Shown one piece after another: positions 45,829 through 57,128 of a DNA stretch of 64,000 nucleotides (its first letter is position 1; the number at the start of each line of letters is the position of its first letter). A program made the translations under genes and the position numbers. The notes beneath the pieces were generated by a model, which saw only the letters and a program-made list of their open reading frames with translations, was not told where the DNA came from and searched no databases. This DNA comes from Promethearchaeia archaeon (GTDB lineage: Archaea; Asgardarchaeota; Lokiarchaeia; Sigyniarchaeales; SOKP01): contig JAHQWJ010000080.1 in NCBI GenBank assembly GCA_029856125.1, forward strand, positions 32,001 to 96,000. Reading direction: 5' to 3'.

Positions 45829-47619
45829 TTATTTATGAACGTAATAGTACTCGTTGATCCTTTTTTGATAGGTATCTTTTGTACTTCCTATCTTATTAAC
45901 TCGAGGTCTTTTTGTTTCTTTCTCTCTTCTAAAGGTGATTCCCATCATTTTTAAAAATAGATTAAACCCATCTCTTAAATTTAAAGGAGCTAGCGCTCTT
46001 CCTTCTATCCCTGGAGTTCCTTCAAACACTAAAATTGAGTCTGCTATAAAATCTTGCGTGATGATATCGTGTTCTACAACGAACGCTGATTTTTTTAATT
46101 CTTCTATTGACTTTCGTAATAATTGAGCTACAGTTAATCTCATTTCTATATCTAAAAAAGCTGATGGTTCGTCTAATAAATAAATATCGGCTTCAGTAGA
46201 CAGGCAGTCTGCAATTGTTACCCGTTGTAACTCACCACCACTTAGTTCAGATATTTTTCTATCTTTAATATTGTTGAGTTTAAGGCTGTTTATTAATCGT
46301 TTTTTATATGATTGACTAAGATAAGAAGCCATTTTAATTTTCGATAATGTATCAGAAACTAATTTAGATTCATCTATTTTGATATATTGAGGTTTTAAAG
46401 AAATTTTTAGTTTATCTTCTTCAAAATCATCAATTTTATTTGCAATTAAATCAATAAATGTAGACTTTCCAATTCCATTGGGTCCTAGAATTCCTAGAAT
46501 TTCGCCGGCATGGACTTCGCTCCCCGTTATTGTCAAGTGGAAATCACCAAGAGTTTTTTCTAAATTTTCATACGAAAAAATGCTCACACCAGTATCAAAT
46601 GAAGTATCAATTGGAGGTCTTTCGTGAAATTGAATGGGTTCATCCCTAATTCTTACATTTTCATCTTTAATATATCCATTCAAATAGATATTAATTCCTA
46701 CTCGTACACCTTGTGGATGTGATATAATACCATATGCTCCAGGAACCCCATAGAATAAAGATATATAATCACTTAAATAATCTAATATCGCTAAATCATG
46801 TTCTACAACTACTACAGTTTTATTGTCATCAGTAAGGCTTCTGATCAATTTCGCCATATTTATTCTTTCACTAACATCTAGGTAAGAACTAGGCTCATCA
46901 ATAAGATATACATCAGCATCTTTCAAGTAAGCAGCAGCAATTGCTACTCTTTGAACCTCTCCTCCAGAGAGAACAGATAAGTTTCTATCAAGAATTTCAT
47001 TGAGATTTAATTCTTTAACAACATTATCTAAAAGATCATTTACATCGTTCTTTTTTAGGAGATCATAAACTTTACCAACTACATGTTTAGGAATAAGGTT
47101 AATATTTTGAGGTTTATGAACAACGCTTAATTTTTTATCAAATAACTCTAAGAAATACTGTTGTAGTTCTGAACCTTTAAAAAATTTAATAATGGCGTCG
47201 TTATTGGGAGTATCTTCATTAAATTTACCCAAATTCATTTTCAGATCTCCTGAAAGAATCGATAACATCGTACTTTTTCCAATTCCATTTTGACCAATTA
47301 GCCCTAAAACTTTTCCTCTTTTAGGAATGGCCATTCGAAATAAAGAGAATTGATCGGGACCGTATCGATAAGTTATCTGATTTTTCAAGGGATCTGGTAA
47401 GTTAATAATGCTTATCGCATTGAATGGGCATTTTTTTATACAGATGCCGCATCCAGTGCAAAGACTTTCAGTAATTTCAACAGACTTCCCAGTAGAGCTT
47501 AATACTATTGTTTCATCTCCTGTTCTTACCTTAGGGCAGTATTTTATACATGGTTTTTCACCATATGGACTACATTTATCAGGTTTGCAGCGATCCTTAC
47601 TAAGTACGGCGATTCTCAA
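45829..47619 (-). CDS. abcE1: Ribosome recycling ATPase ABCE1/RLI
   Basis: N-terminal Fe-S domain (CKPDKC...CTGCGICIKKCPF), two NBDs (GQNGIGKST, GPNGIGKST, LSGGE), FRRE..T.RPRVNK. Confidence 0.98.
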   Translation of the reverse strand: MRIAVLSKDRCKPDKCSPYGEKPCIKYCPKVRTGDETIVLSSTGKSVEITESLCTGCGICIKKCPFNAISIINLPDPLKNQITYRYGPDQFSLFRMAIPKRGKVLGLIGQNGIGKSTMLSILSGDLKMNLGKFNEDTPNNDAIIKFFKGSELQQYFLELFDKKLSVVHKPQNINLIPKHVVGKVYDLLKKNDVNDLLDNVVKELNLNEILDRNLSVLSGGEVQRVAIAAAYLKDADVYLIDEPSSYLDVSERINMAKLIRSLTDDNKTVVVVEHDLAILDYLSDYISLFYGVPGAYGIISHPQGVRVGINIYLNGYIKDENVRIRDEPIQFHERPPIDTSFDTGVSIFSYENLEKTLGDFHLTITGSEVHAGEILGILGPNGIGKSTFIDLIANKIDDFEEDKLKISLKPQYIKIDESKLVSDTLSKIKMASYLSQSYKKRLINSLKLNNIKDRKISELSGGELQRVTIADCLSTEADIYLLDEPSAFLDIEMRLTVAQLLRKSIEELKKSAFVVEHDIITQDFIADSILVFEGTPGIEGRALAPLNLRDGFNLFLKMMGITFRREKETKRPRVNKIGSTKDTYQKRINEYYYVHK

Positions 47620-47705
47620 GACTATTACACCACTATTAAAAATGAAAAATGATAAATAATTTTTATGCTTTACTCAGTTAAGGTTTTGTTAAGTAGTGAA
47701 AATAA

Positions 47706-49418
47706 TTGATAAATAAAGCGTTCACTCACTGGCTAGAAGAGACAGTGGAAAAAATATCTAAAAGAAATTTAACAGAGTTAACTTTTTCCACCGGTAAAAC
47801 ACCCTCAGGACATATACACATTGGAATTTTAAGAGAAATAATCATATGCGATGCTTTAAGGAGAATTTTTGAGAAAAAAGGATTTAAAGTCTCTTTTTAT
47901 TTGTTCATGGACGATTTTGATGCTGCTAAAAGATTTCCAGACTATATAGATCCAGAATATCAAAAAAAATATATAGGTAAACCTTTTGCGCTTATCCCCT
48001 GTCCCTTTGACGATTGTGGATGTGAAAGCTACGCTCGCCATTTTGGAAATGAATTAATTTCAACATTCGAATACTTTGGAATAAAAAATGAAATTGTCTG
48101 GACATATGATTTGTACCAAAAAAGAGAAATGCAAGAAAAAATAAGAATTGCTCTTGAGAATACTGATAAAATTAAAGAAATATTAAAAAAATATATATTT
48201 CCCACACTGGATAACGATCGAAAACAGTTATTTATTGATATGCAAAAAACTTGGATACCTGCCATGATTATCTGTGACGAGTGCAATAAAATACAGTATA
48301 AAGCCACGGACGGAACAATTCGGCCAAATAGGGTCATTAAGTATCTAAAAAAAGAACGAGAGGTGTTGTACGAATGCCCTGGATGTGGTCATAAAGGAAA
48401 AAAATCAATTTTCAGCGGTAAATTAAAATTAAATTGGAGAGTCGATTGGCCTGCAAAATGGGCCTTATTTAATGCAACGTGTGAACCTGCTGGTAAAGAT
48501 CATAGCGTAAAAGGAGGGGCATACGACACTGGGATAGAAATTTGTCAAAAAGTTTATGATTATGAAGGTCCAATTAAACTTCCTTATGAATGGTTAAGAT
48601 TAGGGGATAAAGATATGAAGACATCTAAAGGTATTGTTTTTACTCCTAAACAATACATGGAATTAGCCGATCCAGAAATTTACCGAATGTTGATATTGAG
48701 AACAAATCCAATGAAACACATTTCTCTAAGGATGGAAGAAATCCGTCAATATCAGGACTACTACGAAAAAATGGAAAATATTTTTTATGGGGTAGAGGAA
48801 CCTGAATCCAAGGAAGAATACGATTTTTACAAATATTTATATCCTTTGACCAAGGTTATTAATGTTCCAGAGTTTAAACCAATCAGGATTCCTTTAACAT
48901 TATTAACTTTCCTTTCTCAAATGCAGAATATTTTAAAATTAGATAAATTATATGAAAAAGCAATCTCAACTTTAAGAGTTAATAATAACGAAAAAACGAT
49001 TTCAATCAAAGAGTTTAAATTTTTATTAAAAAGAACAGAAAAATGGATTAAAGAAATTGAAAATGAATTAACTAAAATAACGGATCCCAAAATAAAAAGA
49101 AATATTCAGAATAAAATCGAAATTTTTACAATTCCTAAAAAAATTGACAAAAAAATCATCAAAAATTTATCCGATGATCAAATTAACGGCTTAAAAAAAT
49201 TCCGAGAATATTTAGCTGATAACGACGATCTTGATGCCGATTCAATACAAAATAAAATATTTACTATAGCCAAAAAGGAATTAAAAATTCCACCTAAGAA
49301 ATTATTTGAAGCATTTTATCTCGTTCTTTTAGGTTCGAAATCTGGGCCAAGATTAGGACCTTTTATTCAAATGTTAGACAAAAAATGGTTGATGGATAGA
49401 CTAAATCAAATATTATAA
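47706..49418 (+). CDS. lysS: Class I lysyl-tRNA synthetase
   Basis: TPSGHIHIG, KLNWRVDWPAKW, EPAGKDH, DMKTSKG, SGPRLGPF. Confidence 0.97.
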   Translation: MINKAFTHWLEETVEKISKRNLTELTFSTGKTPSGHIHIGILREIIICDALRRIFEKKGFKVSFYLFMDDFDAAKRFPDYIDPEYQKKYIGKPFALIPCPFDDCGCESYARHFGNELISTFEYFGIKNEIVWTYDLYQKREMQEKIRIALENTDKIKEILKKYIFPTLDNDRKQLFIDMQKTWIPAMIICDECNKIQYKATDGTIRPNRVIKYLKKEREVLYECPGCGHKGKKSIFSGKLKLNWRVDWPAKWALFNATCEPAGKDHSVKGGAYDTGIEICQKVYDYEGPIKLPYEWLRLGDKDMKTSKGIVFTPKQYMELADPEIYRMLILRTNPMKHISLRMEEIRQYQDYYEKMENIFYGVEEPESKEEYDFYKYLYPLTKVINVPEFKPIRIPLTLLTFLSQMQNILKLDKLYEKAISTLRVNNNEKTISIKEFKFLLKRTEKWIKEIENELTKITDPKIKRNIQNKIEIFTIPKKIDKKIIKNLSDDQINGLKKFREYLADNDDLDADSIQNKIFTIAKKELKIPPKKLFEAFYLVLLGSKSGPRLGPFIQMLDKKWLMDRLNQIL

Positions 49419-49439
49419 TAACTAGTTAAAAATAATTCT

Positions 49440-49637
49440 TCAATCAGATTCTTCAGATTTTTGTTTCTTATTTTTAAATTTGTACCATTTCTTCTTTTGC
49501 TTTTTATCTTGTAGAATAGTATAGCATTCAGAACAATAAGTGATACCCTCTTCAATCATTCTTTCACATTTCTTACAGTGCTTATGAGGATAAATATATT
49601 CTACTGATTGTTTTTTGTATCTTTCGTATTTACTCAA
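49440..49637 (-). CDS. DUF2116-type Zn-ribbon protein
   Basis: PHKHCKKC...YCSEC; GGAGA SD. Confidence 0.8.
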   Translation of the reverse strand: MSKYERYKKQSVEYIYPHKHCKKCERMIEEGITYCSECYTILQDKKQKKKWYKFKNKKQKSEESD

Positions 49638-49681
49638 TATAAATCTCCAATATTGTATTAATTATTTATATAGTCAATAAA

Positions 49682-50941
49682 TTATAACTTTTTCACTCCG
49701 GGAACTATTTTAATTTTAAAAAATTGAGCATTTTTTAATCGATCCCTAGCTTCTAAGGGGTACTCTGGAAAGAGAGATAGGTAATATTCCTCGTTGGTAA
49801 TAATTTTACTCAATTCCTCCTTCCAGCTCAATAGAACAGCATCAATTCTATCCGGTTTTACGAGAGCAAATATCGATCCACCACCACCAGCTCCTGTTAA
49901 TTTTGCAGCAAAAACATCTGAGTTGTACTCAATTAGACGTATCAGAATATTATTAAACAACCCAATTCCATGCAAAAACCCAACATGTCTCATCAAATTA
50001 TTCATAATGGCTGTGTTTTCCTTGAAATAAACTCCTAATTGTTTCCAATCATGTCTCATCAAAGCAAAACGTGATTTCCAAGAAATCTCTGCAAGATTTT
50101 GATAACCCTTTATAATTATGGGATCCCCATTCAAATAACATCTCCTTAATTTTTCATGAACAACTCCACTTTCATGAGTTACGCCTGAAAAACAAATAAT
50201 TATTGGTAAAGTTTTTATATTGTATGTTAAATCGATCCTATCGTATATCGCTAAAGGTTCCAACGAAATTTTCTTATGAAAAACTTTTCCAAAGTAGGAG
50301 CAAAATCCTAACCCACCTCTCGCTATTACATATCGATCTCCATACCCCGCAGTTATTTTGAGATCATGGTCTTCTACCTTAGTCGCTATTTCTGCTAAAA
50401 TGTCTCTGTTTATTGGAAACTCTCCCGTTTTTAGACTTATAAAGTTATTATATAAACCAAAATATTTTGCCAAGCCATACATAATCCCGATTATTATAGC
50501 TGCGCTCCCCCCCAAACCACTTTTTAGAGGGATAGTTGTAATAATTCCAATTTCAAAATTCTCTTTTTCAAATTTTTCCTTAAAAGCGGAATTTGTTTTG
50601 ATTAACCGATAGATACTGGCATAGAAGAGCTTAAATTCCCCCTTTAATTTCTTCATTACATCATTTAAGTTCTTTTCGATCTTTTCTTCTTTTAAAACAC
50701 AAATATTTACTTTACCAGCACCATCTAAATTTGAATAAAATTTTACTGAACCGAGCATTTCCCTCTTTTTTATATAAACAAAAACAGATAGTGGGTTATC
50801 TAATCCATTGATTGCTGCTGAAGGCATCCAAAAATCGCCTTCAACAGCATCTAAAGGATTAATTAAGTTAATTCTTGCTGGGGCTTGAATTAAAATATCA
50901 GGGTTTAATCCTTTTATGAAATCTAAAATTTGTTGTAACAT
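49682..50941 (-). CDS. GHMP-family sugar kinase
   Basis: APARINL, IPLKSGLGGSAA, AKLTGAGGGG. Confidence 0.9.
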   Translation of the reverse strand: MLQQILDFIKGLNPDILIQAPARINLINPLDAVEGDFWMPSAAINGLDNPLSVFVYIKKREMLGSVKFYSNLDGAGKVNICVLKEEKIEKNLNDVMKKLKGEFKLFYASIYRLIKTNSAFKEKFEKENFEIGIITTIPLKSGLGGSAAIIIGIMYGLAKYFGLYNNFISLKTGEFPINRDILAEIATKVEDHDLKITAGYGDRYVIARGGLGFCSYFGKVFHKKISLEPLAIYDRIDLTYNIKTLPIIICFSGVTHESGVVHEKLRRCYLNGDPIIIKGYQNLAEISWKSRFALMRHDWKQLGVYFKENTAIMNNLMRHVGFLHGIGLFNNILIRLIEYNSDVFAAKLTGAGGGGSIFALVKPDRIDAVLLSWKEELSKIITNEEYYLSLFPEYPLEARDRLKNAQFFKIKIVPGVKKL

Positions 50942-51072
50942 CTAATATCATCCGACATGTTTTCTTGAGCATTATAAATGATAACAAACAATTTTAATTA
51001 TATATATTTTAAAAAGGGTAGTTATTAGTTTTATCTACATCTTAAATCATCTAATTTTTTCAATTTTATTTA

Positions 51073-51114
51073 TGTTTAGTTAGCGTGAAAGCGATCATTC
51101 CACTCTACTAAACA
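51073..51114 (-). other. Imperfect long hairpin in a divergent intergenic region
   Basis: TGTTTAG TAG A GTGGAA TGATCGC TTTCAC G CTA A CTAAACA; its G-U pair favours the minus strand. Confidence 0.5.
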
Positions 51115-51156
51115 AATATAATAAGTTTTTATAATTATTTTTAAAAAAATATTGAA

Positions 51157-52293
51157 ATGGTTAAGAAGGGTAAATTTAAGTTGTTTTCATTTTTATTGGA
51201 GAGTTATTTAATTTATTATAAAAGCATTAACAAGAATAATAAGCTTATTGCTTTTTCTATTCTTGAATGCGACAATTTCCTTAGAATTCTTAAACCTCTT
51301 AATGAATTTTTATTAAATAAATATCTATTCTATTATTCTATTCAGCTTAATATCCCTCAAAAAAGAAAAACTATAATCATTATATCCTTTATCGGTGAAA
51401 AAAGAAGCAATATTGATAAATTCTTTAATTTGATTAAAGAACAGATTAATAATATTGATAAATCTGTATCGTTTTTAAAAAATCGAAAATTGAAAAGGCA
51501 TTTTTTACATGTCTTGTCAAATAATATAGAGGGAGGAGCAAATTCAATGAAACAACCGAACTTTTTGGTTTTAAAGTATGGTGATAATCTAAAATTTATT
51601 CAAATTCATCAAATAAATTGTGACAACCTAAAAAACCAAATGATTCCCTTACATAGTTTACTGAAAGCCCTTAAAAACTTTAACCAAAAAGGGTATATGG
51701 TTTTTAACGTTAGAACCAATAATCGTCAGAAAATTGTAACCAATGCGTACTTTTTAGACATAAAACATGATGTAGCCTCAAACCCCATTAACATAGATAA
51801 AGAAATAAACCAACTTTATAATTGCGAACTATTCAAGAAATCAAACCCTAATATATCAAGCATTTTTCGTATATTATGGAGAGTAAATGTTTCAGATAAT
51901 TTTTATGCAATAAACAACGATGCTGACATCTTTTTTTCATTAAGTCATTTTAATTTTCAGGATATCTCTAAGTTTAACACTCAATTTGTTAAAAACCTGC
52001 AATTGAACAATTTAAATTATTATCGTCTAAAACCAAATCTTTTCTTTATTGAAGAGAAAATTTTATTTTTAATATTAGAAGATAACAATTTAAAAGACAT
52101 TAAAAAACTACTAGAACGTTTTTTCTCTCAATATTTCATATTCATTTTAATTTTAAATCATAAAGAATATAGAAAATTAATTGAATCTAAAGAAGTAGGT
52201 TTGTTGGATAATTTAAAAATTCTTAACTTTAAAGATTTTGCTATGCTTGATTTCTTAGAGATGAACAAAGAAAATTTATTAAAAAATGCCTAA
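51157..52293 (+). CDS. Hypothetical protein
   Basis: 378-aa ORF convergent with rpl23. Confidence 0.75.
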   Translation: MVKKGKFKLFSFLLESYLIYYKSINKNNKLIAFSILECDNFLRILKPLNEFLLNKYLFYYSIQLNIPQKRKTIIIISFIGEKRSNIDKFFNLIKEQINNIDKSVSFLKNRKLKRHFLHVLSNNIEGGANSMKQPNFLVLKYGDNLKFIQIHQINCDNLKNQMIPLHSLLKALKNFNQKGYMVFNVRTNNRQKIVTNAYFLDIKHDVASNPINIDKEINQLYNCELFKKSNPNISSIFRILWRVNVSDNFYAINNDADIFFSLSHFNFQDISKFNTQFVKNLQLNNLNYYRLKPNLFFIEEKILFLILEDNNLKDIKKLLERFFSQYFIFILILNHKEYRKLIESKEVGLLDNLKILNFKDFAMLDFLEMNKENLLKNA

Positions 52294-52542
52294 ATCGATA
52301 GCGATATCCTGAGCAGAATAATTTGGGTGGAGTTTAATTAAAGCTTTTTTTTCCCCTTTAGGTGTTATGATTGTATTCACTTTGATCACTTTGACATTAT
52401 GTATTTTCTCTATTGCTTGCTTTATCTGGCTTTTATTAGCTTTTTTATTAACGATAAAAACTAACTTGTTTTCCCTCTCGATAATATCGAAGGTTTTTTC
52501 AGTTATCAACGGTCTTTGAATAATCTTATAATAAGTTTCCAA
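52279..52542 (-). CDS. rpl23: 50S ribosomal protein L23
   Basis: [14 protein letters not shown]...ANK.QIK.AIE, VNT.ITP.GEKKA. Confidence 0.97.
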   Translation of the reverse strand: METYYKIIQRPLITEKTFDIIERENKLVFIVNKKANKSQIKQAIEKIHNVKVIKVNTIITPKGEKKALIKLHPNYSAQDIAIDLGIF

Positions 52543-52543
52543 G

Positions 52544-53332
52544 CTAAACTAACACCTCGTACCTTTCTAATTCACTAAAAGCGGACTGAGTCCATAAACT
52601 TAATCGCCCTGGCAACCCTCCAGGTGCTAAATTTGCGATTGACAAGTTTTCAATTTTTATAACATCTAAACCAGGAATATTTCTTGATGCTTTAATTATT
52701 CCGAAATCTTCCTTAATTACGATTAAAACGCTTTTCTTATTTTTATATTTTCGTCCCCGTCTCTTCCCTTTTCCAGCTCTAATTTTTTTTCCTTGTTTTG
52801 CTCGAAACAGATCTTCTGCTAATCCTAGTTCTGTAAGGATTGAATACAGAAATTTAGTTTTTTTAACCGTTTGTATTTTATCATCGATCACTAAAGGAAT
52901 TTCAGGAATATTTTTAATTATATGACCCCGATTTTTTACCCATTCTTGATTACCAGAAGCGGATATCGCAGAAATTATAGATAACTTGTTAATTTTTTTG
53001 TTTAATTTTTTTTCAACAATTTTATCTGTTTTTATTGGGTGAGCTCTTCTCCCTCCCTTTGCAAAAGGGACCCTTCCTACATTTCGAGATGTAGGGAACC
53101 CAGAACCTTTAATACGTGGGGCTCTTGACATTCCATGACCTGTTCCCCAACCTTCAGCGGTATTTCTTAAACCTGCCCTCTTATTTCTTCCTTGAATTTG
53201 TTTATTTCTACTTGAAGAAACTTCACTTGCTAGCTGAATAAGATCCCTTCGAGGCTTTACATTGAATAAATGCGGTATATCAACTAGATTTTTCTTGTTG
53301 CCATCTAGATCATAAACGTTAACTTTTTCCAT
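52544..53332 (-). CDS. rpl4: 50S ribosomal protein L4
   Basis: [44 protein letters not shown]. Confidence 0.98.
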   Translation of the reverse strand: MEKVNVYDLDGNKKNLVDIPHLFNVKPRRDLIQLASEVSSSRNKQIQGRNKRAGLRNTAEGWGTGHGMSRAPRIKGSGFPTSRNVGRVPFAKGGRRAHPIKTDKIVEKKLNKKINKLSIISAISASGNQEWVKNRGHIIKNIPEIPLVIDDKIQTVKKTKFLYSILTELGLAEDLFRAKQGKKIRAGKGKRRGRKYKNKKSVLIVIKEDFGIIKASRNIPGLDVIKIENLSIANLAPGGLPGRLSLWTQSAFSELERYEVLV

Positions 53333-53349
53333 AGAATCACAATCTTATA

Positions 53350-54369
53350 TTATTTTCTTTGTTGACTTTCCCTACTAATAAATGTTATCTCAGGTGATTT
53401 AATCGTAAAGGATTTAATAGGTCTTATTGTTTTTCTTATTCTTACTAATCTATTTTTTGGTCCAGGTATAGAGCCGAGTAGAAGAAGATAATCTCCATTA
53501 ATATTTCCATATTTAACAAATCCTCCCTTTGGATTGATTTCTTCTTCATTTTCTCCAATTACCATAATTCTCTTATGATATTCCGTCCTCTGATGAAACC
53601 CTAATTGTCCCGGGCGTGGAACGGTATAAAGTACCCTAGCAGGATGCCAGGGACCAATGCAGGCAACAGCTCTCCTTATTTTGCTATTTTTCCTTGTTAA
53701 TATTTTAACGCCAAATCTTTTCACGGGACCTTGGAATCCCTTTCCCTTTGTGACTGATAATATATCGACTAGCTCTCCTTCGGTTAACATGTCTCTAACT
53801 TTAATTTTTTTTCCTAGTAAATTTAGAGCATAAGCGAATTCATCCTTTGGATTTCCAATTGAATTAAGTTTAATTTCAATAAGATCTGGCTTTTTCCTCG
53901 GTAAAGATGTGAGATGGGGTTGAGTTTGAAAAATTCCTCTAATTTGGCTATTGTAACTAAGCCCGTTTAATAGTTTTTCTTTATTCCCTTCAAAATCATA
54001 TCGTTCTTTAATTGGGAGGGTGATTTTTCGACTAAGATAATCATTCAATTCGGGTGAAAAAATATCTCCTACGATATATCTACCATAATCATCTTCATTA
54101 TACACCCTTATACCAATCAAAATCAGAGGTGGTACTTCAACAACCGTAACAGGTTTCATTAGTTCTTTTCCAAAATAGGGGCTGTTTTTCTGATCTTCTA
54201 TATAAGTAATATGTGTCATACCTGCCTTGAAACCAGCATATCCTAGAAATGTAATATTATCAGACGCATCTAACCAGTGTCTTACCCGACCTTTAGTTTG
54301 TGCAGCTCTTTTTCTTGGAAGAAATGCTAAAGAGCCATGCCTTGGTGCGTGTTTTTTACGGTGTCCCAT
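53350..54369 (-). CDS. rpl3: 50S ribosomal protein L3
   Basis: APRHGSLAFLPRKRA, GFKAGMTH, TKGKGFQG, CIGPWHP, GFHQRTE. Confidence 0.98.
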   Translation of the reverse strand: MGHRKKHAPRHGSLAFLPRKRAAQTKGRVRHWLDASDNITFLGYAGFKAGMTHITYIEDQKNSPYFGKELMKPVTVVEVPPLILIGIRVYNEDDYGRYIVGDIFSPELNDYLSRKITLPIKERYDFEGNKEKLLNGLSYNSQIRGIFQTQPHLTSLPRKKPDLIEIKLNSIGNPKDEFAYALNLLGKKIKVRDMLTEGELVDILSVTKGKGFQGPVKRFGVKILTRKNSKIRRAVACIGPWHPARVLYTVPRPGQLGFHQRTEYHKRIMVIGENEEEINPKGGFVKYGNINGDYLLLLGSIPGPKNRLVRIRKTIRPIKSFTIKSPEITFISRESQQRK

Positions 54370-54500
54370 GAATAATCACTTTAAATATAAAATGTTAAAT
54401 TTATCACAATAAAAAAAGTTTTTCATTCAGAAATAACATTTAATTCCCTTAAATTAATAAATATGGGCTTTTTAAATTTAAATTTAAAATAAATAATTAG

Positions 54501-56678
54501 ATGACATCGAAAATAGATAAGTTAAGCCATTTCCAAGTAAAAGATGCTTTAGACGATAAAGAAGATAAGACATTAATAATAAATTGTTCAATTTGTTCAA
54601 ATTTAGAAGTAGGTAGAAATTTCACAAGTGAATGTATTTACTGTGTACTCAAGAATCTTCATTTAAACAAAAATTTCATAGACCAAACCACTTCGGTAAA
54701 AAGGCGCGAAAACCTGATTAAATATAATCAGCTTTTATCCATATTAGGCTTTTTTAATAAAATTAGTTCTATTAAAAAGATTTGGAAGAAAATAGATAAC
54801 ATTAGAAAAATAAAATGCAAATATCAAGAATTTAATTGTAGGATTGGAACCTTATACAATTTTCCTTTTTCTACTGATTCTAGTCCTATTTATGAACCAA
54901 TTTCGATTTTCAATTCTATTCATGATAAAATAAATGAACTAAAAGTAACAGAAGTCATCAATTTAGATTGTCAAAAATGTATTAAAAAAGTTTTAAGCCT
55001 TTTAGAAAACATATTAGATGTATTAAATAAGCTAGATATCATTCAAAAATACAAACAATTTTCTACAAAAAACAATAGTGTCATAAATTTTTATAACCAT
55101 ATCATATTTGAGACACCCATCACTTCAATAACCAACGAATTCACTAATAATTCTTTTATTACATCAGGAAGTGATTTGATTGAAACATATAGTATCGAAA
55201 AGAATGAAATTTTTCAAATACTAATTTTTGATGTAATTAACGAATACGAGAAACATTATGTTGTTAAATTTTCATTTCAATCTTCTGGAGAAGAAGATTT
55301 TTTTAAAAAGATTGTAAAAGACGCGAAGAACAACTTAAAGCTTCTAGACTCTGATAAGATTATTCCTTTAGAGGAATTAATAAGCTTATATCGGATGAAT
55401 GCTAAACGCTATTTAGCTTCTAAATACAAACTTTCTGAAAACGAAATAGAAAGCATATCATTTGTTTCTGCTTTGCATAAATTAAAAATAGAAAAGATTT
55501 TTCCTTTATTGATAGACGATCAAATTGAAGAAATTTTTTTAGATTCTCCAAAGGAAAAGGTTTATATTAACCACCAGAAATTTGGGCGCTGTAGAACCGA
55601 TATTAAATTAGATATAAAGGATATTGAGAGATTAAAAACATTTCTAAGGTTATACAGTGGAAGAAGACTTGATTTTTCAAATCCGAGCATTAAAATTGTT
55701 ATTAAAAACAAATATTTCTATTGTAGGTTTGCTATCGATGTAGGGCCAGTTCAATTGTACAATTTCGCATTAGATATAAGAAAATTAAATAAAAACATAT
55801 ATACTATTCAAGATTTGTTGAAAAATGGCACTCTTAATCCCACGATTTCTGCTTTTTTATATTTTTTGATTTTAAGGAGGGTCAACATAACGGTTACTGG
55901 CGAAACAGATACCGGAAAAACAACTTTAATTAATGCATTAGATCTATTAACGCCTAAAGAATTTCGAAAAATATATGTAGAAAATATAATTGAATCATTA
56001 AATCAATCACAGTATCAAAGACATCAATTAAAATACCAGGTGGATTCTCTTGAAGAACAAGCAACACATCAAACATCTAAACAAAAACAAATTAAAAATT
56101 TGCTCCATCGTACTCCTGATATTATTTATTTAGGCGAAATATTAACTAAAGAGGAAGCTGAAGCGCTTTTTCACTGTTTAGCAGCAGGTTTAAAAGGTTT
56201 TCAAACAATTCATTCTAACAATATTGATTCGTTTCTAAATAGAATTATACATCACTTCAAGATTCACATTTCGTGTTTAAGTGATTTAGGGCTATTAATT
56301 TTAATGAAGAAGAATCGACAAGGAAGAATTATTGCCTCGATAGTAGAGATGAAAAACAATATAGTTGAAACTAATAAAATTTATAACACTCTTTTCAAGT
56401 TCGACCCTCATCTAAAAAATTGGAGTGCTTTTAAATCTTTGTACGTATCAAATTTAGTAGAACAAATAAGAAAATCCGAGGATATTTCTCAAGATAAATT
56501 CCAATCTTTGTTTGAGCTTTATCAGGATGTCTTTAAAACGCTTCAACAAATCGATAAACTAAATATTTATAAGTTAATCGAATTATTTGATCAACTATCG
56601 TTTTATTCGTTAACAAATGTTAAGACTCTTTGTGTGTTTTGGGAAAATTGGAAAAACTCATGTAGTTTAAATTCATAA
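54501..56678 (+). CDS. Type II/IV secretion (TadA/CpaF/ArlI-like) ATPase with a Cys-rich N-terminal extension
   Basis: PLLIDDQIEEIF, DIRK, Walker A GETDTGKTT, LHRTPDIIYLGEI, FQTIHS. Confidence 0.9.
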   Translation: MTSKIDKLSHFQVKDALDDKEDKTLIINCSICSNLEVGRNFTSECIYCVLKNLHLNKNFIDQTTSVKRRENLIKYNQLLSILGFFNKISSIKKIWKKIDNIRKIKCKYQEFNCRIGTLYNFPFSTDSSPIYEPISIFNSIHDKINELKVTEVINLDCQKCIKKVLSLLENILDVLNKLDIIQKYKQFSTKNNSVINFYNHIIFETPITSITNEFTNNSFITSGSDLIETYSIEKNEIFQILIFDVINEYEKHYVVKFSFQSSGEEDFFKKIVKDAKNNLKLLDSDKIIPLEELISLYRMNAKRYLASKYKLSENEIESISFVSALHKLKIEKIFPLLIDDQIEEIFLDSPKEKVYINHQKFGRCRTDIKLDIKDIERLKTFLRLYSGRRLDFSNPSIKIVIKNKYFYCRFAIDVGPVQLYNFALDIRKLNKNIYTIQDLLKNGTLNPTISAFLYFLILRRVNITVTGETDTGKTTLINALDLLTPKEFRKIYVENIIESLNQSQYQRHQLKYQVDSLEEQATHQTSKQKQIKNLLHRTPDIIYLGEILTKEEAEALFHCLAAGLKGFQTIHSNNIDSFLNRIIHHFKIHISCLSDLGLLILMKKNRQGRIIASIVEMKNNIVETNKIYNTLFKFDPHLKNWSAFKSLYVSNLVEQIRKSEDISQDKFQSLFELYQDVFKTLQQIDKLNIYKLIELFDQLSFYSLTNVKTLCVFWENWKNSCSLNS

Positions 56679-56694
56679 ATATCTAATATGATAT

Positions 56695-57108
56695 ATGACA
56701 AATCTGTTAGAGAAAGCATTATTGACAGGTTTTGGAATATTTATTCTTCTTATTTTTGTTTCCCTAATTAATCCATTTATGATTAGTATTTCTGAATTTA
56801 ATAGTACTATTAAAAATGATGTAGAGAAGTACAATAACTTTTTTGAGGAAGTAGATACAGCAATTCTTTTTATCATTGAGAATCCTCATTTAAATTATTT
56901 AAATGAAATTGAATACCCAAGAAATTTAAATGTTACATTGACTGAAGATTATGTTAAATATAACTTCTTGATAGAAAGCGAAATACAATGCAAAATCTAT
57001 GAATATGTGAAACCTTTCATTAGTCGTTCATATATTAACCTCTCTTCTTCTCGATACATCTTAAATATTTCATGCAATTATAATTATATTAATATTCAAT
57101 TCATCTAA
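56695..57108 (+). CDS. Pilin/pseudopilin-like single-TM protein
   Basis: N-terminal TNLLE followed by a hydrophobic helix; lies between the ATPase and platform genes. Confidence 0.55.
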   Translation: MTNLLEKALLTGFGIFILLIFVSLINPFMISISEFNSTIKNDVEKYNNFFEEVDTAILFIIENPHLNYLNEIEYPRNLNVTLTEDYVKYNFLIESEIQCKIYEYVKPFISRSYINLSSSRYILNISCNYNYINIQFI

Positions 57109-57128
57109 TTGAGAGTTATAGATATACT

